This document shows positions 42,585 to 44,632 of a DNA stretch of 44,632 nt, one piece after another. Under the pieces are notes generated by a model that was not told where the DNA came from, did no database searches, and was given only the letters and a program-made list of their open reading frames with translations. The translations under genes were made by a program, and so were the position numbers. The stretch is from a virus, in the UHGV virus genome UHGV-0179607, one strand, 5' to 3'. How positions within the stretch are numbered: position 1 is the stretch's first letter; the number at the start of each line of letters is the position of its first letter.

Positions 42585-43006
42585 TGAGCAATACTCTAAT
42601 CCGCAAGGCGCTTAACCGCGTGGTTGAAGAATTAGCGGTTAGCCTGAGCACTAGCCAGCGTCCGATCCAGGTTAACTGGGAGAACGTGAGCGGCGACCAC
42701 GCTAACGGCAATGGTGTATACCTGGAGCCGTACTTGCTACCGGCCCCGACCCAGTTTGTTGGCTTTCAGCAGAAAGGCCGGATCTATGCAGGCGTTTATC
42801 AGGTTGCAGTAGTGTTTCCCGCGGGCACGGGGACACAGTACGCGAGCGAACTGGCGGACTCCATCGCCACGTCGGATAAGTGGCAGGCAGTCAAGATCGC
42901 TGGCGCAGCGTTCCAGCTTCAGGACGCGCCATACACCAGTTCCGTGATTGAGGATGTAGACCGCGCACGCATCGTGGTTACAGTCCCCTACACATGTTGC
43001 GCCTGA
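42584..43006 (+). CDS. tail terminator protein (putative)
   Basis: 140 aa immediately upstream of the major tail gene; synteny. Confidence 0.4.
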   Translation: MSNTLIRKALNRVVEELAVSLSTSQRPIQVNWENVSGDHANGNGVYLEPYLLPAPTQFVGFQQKGRIYAGVYQVAVVFPAGTGTQYASELADSIATSDKWQAVKIAGAAFQLQDAPYTSSVIEDVDRARIVVTVPYTCCA

Positions 43007-43067
43007 TTTGGCGCTATTCTGCGCGTGCTGTATCATTGAACCGTATATCTAAACAGGAGCGTTCATT

Positions 43068-43793
43068 ATGGGTTATCAACTTCCTAACGGGTCTAGCGTC
43101 CAGATTGGGTCCGTACTGGGCAACGGTATCGCTGTTACGGCAGCTACCAACGCCGCCGCGTCGATCTCTGATCTTACGAAAGGGTGCGTTATCACCTGCG
43201 CGGCTTCTCATGGCTTGAAAGTTGGCGACGTGGTTATGTTCACTAAAACCCCGTGGGTCCGTGCGCTGAACCGCGCGTTCATCGTGGGTAAAGTGGCGAC
43301 TAACGACGTTACACTGGCGCGCTTCGATACTCAAGACGTCACCAAATATCCTGCCGGTGCTTTTGGGGCGGGAACCCCAGGCGAAGTGGTGAAAGTGTCG
43401 AATTTTATCGACTTCCCGTATATCACTAACGTTGCCGTGTCGGGTGGCGACCAGCAGACCACCACCTTCCAGCCGTTGCAGGTGAATACCGCGATCAGTC
43501 TGAACACCACGAAAAACCCGTTGGTCCAGACCTACACTTTCACCCACGACGAAGAAGACCCGATCCGCCCGATTCTGGAAGACCTGGACGACACACAGAA
43601 AACCACTGTGATTAAGTTCACCAACCCGGCAGCGGCAAGCGGCAAAGGTGAGATCCGCATTTACCCGGCTAAGGTGTCTTTCCAGAAGATTCCATCGGCT
43701 GAAGTAAACAACGTGGAGACGGTGGAGTCCACTCTGACCATGCAATCCGATATGGTTATTTACCGTAAGGACCTGGTTGAAGCGCTGTCGTAA
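43068..43793 (+). CDS. major tail protein
   Basis: 241 aa; AGGAG SD; positioned before the G/GT chaperone and tape measure genes; followed by an attenuating terminator. Confidence 0.65.
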   Translation: MGYQLPNGSSVQIGSVLGNGIAVTAATNAAASISDLTKGCVITCAASHGLKVGDVVMFTKTPWVRALNRAFIVGKVATNDVTLARFDTQDVTKYPAGAFGAGTPGEVVKVSNFIDFPYITNVAVSGGDQQTTTFQPLQVNTAISLNTTKNPLVQTYTFTHDEEDPIRPILEDLDDTQKTTVIKFTNPAAASGKGEIRIYPAKVSFQKIPSAEVNNVETVESTLTMQSDMVIYRKDLVEALS

Positions 43794-43823
43794 TTTGGTC
43801 GCTTAAATAGCGGGTGTTAATAT

Positions 43824-43846
43824 GGGGCCAGTACGGCCCCTTTTTT
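43824..43846 (+). terminator. rho-independent terminator/attenuator after the major tail gene
   Basis: Stem GGGGCC / GGCCCC, loop AGTAC, followed by TTTTTT. Confidence 0.6.
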
Positions 43847-43862
43847 ATTGGAGAATACTACA

Positions 43863-44225
43863 ATGGCAAAAGCACCACTCTTCACACTTGACCCTAAGCC
43901 GACCTTTAAGCTGCCGATTGAGATCCCGCGCCCCGGTGAAAACGAACCGGGGAAAATGACGTTTACCGTGCGCCACCGCCCGATCGACGAATTTTCGCAG
44001 ACCATGCAGGATACTGAGCGCAAGTTGTCGGAGTATGACGACAATGACCCTGACGGCTTTAACGTTATGGTCGAGGCCATAATGCACGTCGCTGAAGGCT
44101 GGAATCTGCCGGACGAATTTAACGCGGAGAACGTCCGCCGCCTGGTGGTCAACTACCCGCGCGCGTTCGGCGTGTTCCACACGTCGTACTATCTCGAACT
44201 GATGGGGCTGCGTGAAAAAAACTAA
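43863..44225 (+). CDS. tail assembly chaperone (lambda gpG-like)
   Basis: 120 aa from ATG 43863 with GGAG SD; acidic; ends just after a slippery A7 run. Confidence 0.6.
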   Translation: MAKAPLFTLDPKPTFKLPIEIPRPGENEPGKMTFTVRHRPIDEFSQTMQDTERKLSEYDDNDPDGFNVMVEAIMHVAEGWNLPDEFNAENVRRLVVNYPRAFGVFHTSYYLELMGLREKN

Positions 44226-44539
44226 TTGAGGCGGCGCGACGCTTTTATGGCCCGCCGCCACCCTCCGAAGATTTAGCCGCAAGTTTATGGGGTGCGGCCC
44301 CCGAAGATGTTTGCCCGCCGGTTGCACTATGGCCCGACAATGCGAAGGTAGTCGCAGTCTTCACGGATTGCGCCACGCAATGGCGTACCGGATTCGGTGG
44401 CGCATACGGCATCGACTACGGCGTACTGGAATGGTTATTTAATATGCACGGCATCGAAAACGCGCAACGTGCGTTTAAAGATATCAAGCTAATGGAACGC
44501 GTTGCGCTGGATGAAATGGCGCGGCAGAACCCCGCATAA
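44216..44539 (+). CDS. tail assembly chaperone GT, -1 frameshift extension (gpT-like part)
   Basis: The -1 frame is open for 107 codons from the slippery site G_AAA_AAA_C (44214-44222) to TAA 44537-44539 and has no ATG near its 5' end. Confidence 0.55.
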   Translation, partial: KKLIEAARRFYGPPPPSEDLAASLWGAAPEDVCPPVALWPDNAKVVAVFTDCATQWRTGFGGAYGIDYGVLEWLFNMHGIENAQRAFKDIKLMERVALDEMARQNPA

Positions 44540-44542
44540 TGG

Positions 44543-44632
44543 AGCGGGACAGGCGGGGCGTCCCGTTTTGTCCCGCACCTCTAAAACTGCATATTTACTC
44601 ACCACAATTGCATAAATTAAAAGCGGGACAGG
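44543..44632. repeat. iteron-containing region at the window end, continuing at 1-70 with the conserved hairpin
   Basis: GCGGGACAG at 44543-44551 and 44623-44631, inverted copy at 44569-44576; the window then starts with CGGGACAG GCGGGACA followed by a copy of the 28591-28640 hairpin. Confidence 0.65.

Noticed and set aside
1-44632. Looked for integrase, excisionase, CI-like repressor and attP to call a temperate phage or prophage
   Set aside because: No tyrosine/serine recombinase signature or repressor/Cro-like switch region was seen; the only HTH protein heads the rightward early operon. Absence is judged by eye, so a divergent integrase cannot be excluded.
1-44632. Looked for tRNA or other structured RNA genes in the longer intergenic regions
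   Set aside because: No cloverleaf-compatible segment with a conserved TPsiC-like GTTC and acceptor-stem pairing was spotted; a dedicated tRNA scan was not possible here, so this is unconfirmed.

Overview
The window looks like a complete or near-complete genome (~44.6 kb) of a virulent, tailed dsDNA siphovirus-type phage of an enterobacterial host; no integrase or repressor module was seen. A tentative resemblance to small Dhillonvirus-/Jersey-like siphoviruses is from memory only and untested. Layout: (i) plus-strand tail module 139-8994 (tape measure, lambda L/K/I/J-like proteins); (ii) a minus-strand lipoprotein plus beta-helix-like protein pair at 9022-10211, read as a Cor/Llp-like exclusion factor plus possible receptor-binding protein; (iii) an 803-aa tail fibre with a C-terminal S74-type chaperone domain; (iv) a minus-strand early replication/modification operon at 12729-25310 (family-A DNA polymerase, SF2 helicase, VRR-NUC, Cas4-like nuclease, gp2.5-like SSB, Dam and C5-like methyltransferases, HAD phosphatase); (v) a divergent control region at 25310-25718; (vi) a plus-strand HTH protein and an AEP-primase/P-loop helicase fusion; (vii) a repeat-rich non-coding region at 28.3-28.86 kb; (viii) small early/middle genes, holin and GH24 endolysin; (ix) terminase, portal, head morphogenesis, a displaced overlapping spanin pair, a reverse-oriented two-gene cassette, scaffold, major capsid, head-tail joining genes, major tail protein and a G/GT chaperone with a -1 frameshift site. 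The most unusual signals are a composite element (GCGGGACA iterons plus a ~48-bp conserved-stem hairpin) present at 28.5 kb and again across the window ends, and a 9-bp motif (TTGGTTGCA/TGCAACCAA) recurring in most promoter-like intergenic regions. All calls rest on motifs read by eye, synteny and signal inspection; no database search was run, and several starts were moved from the ORF track to the nearest ATG/GTG with a Shine-Dalgarno.
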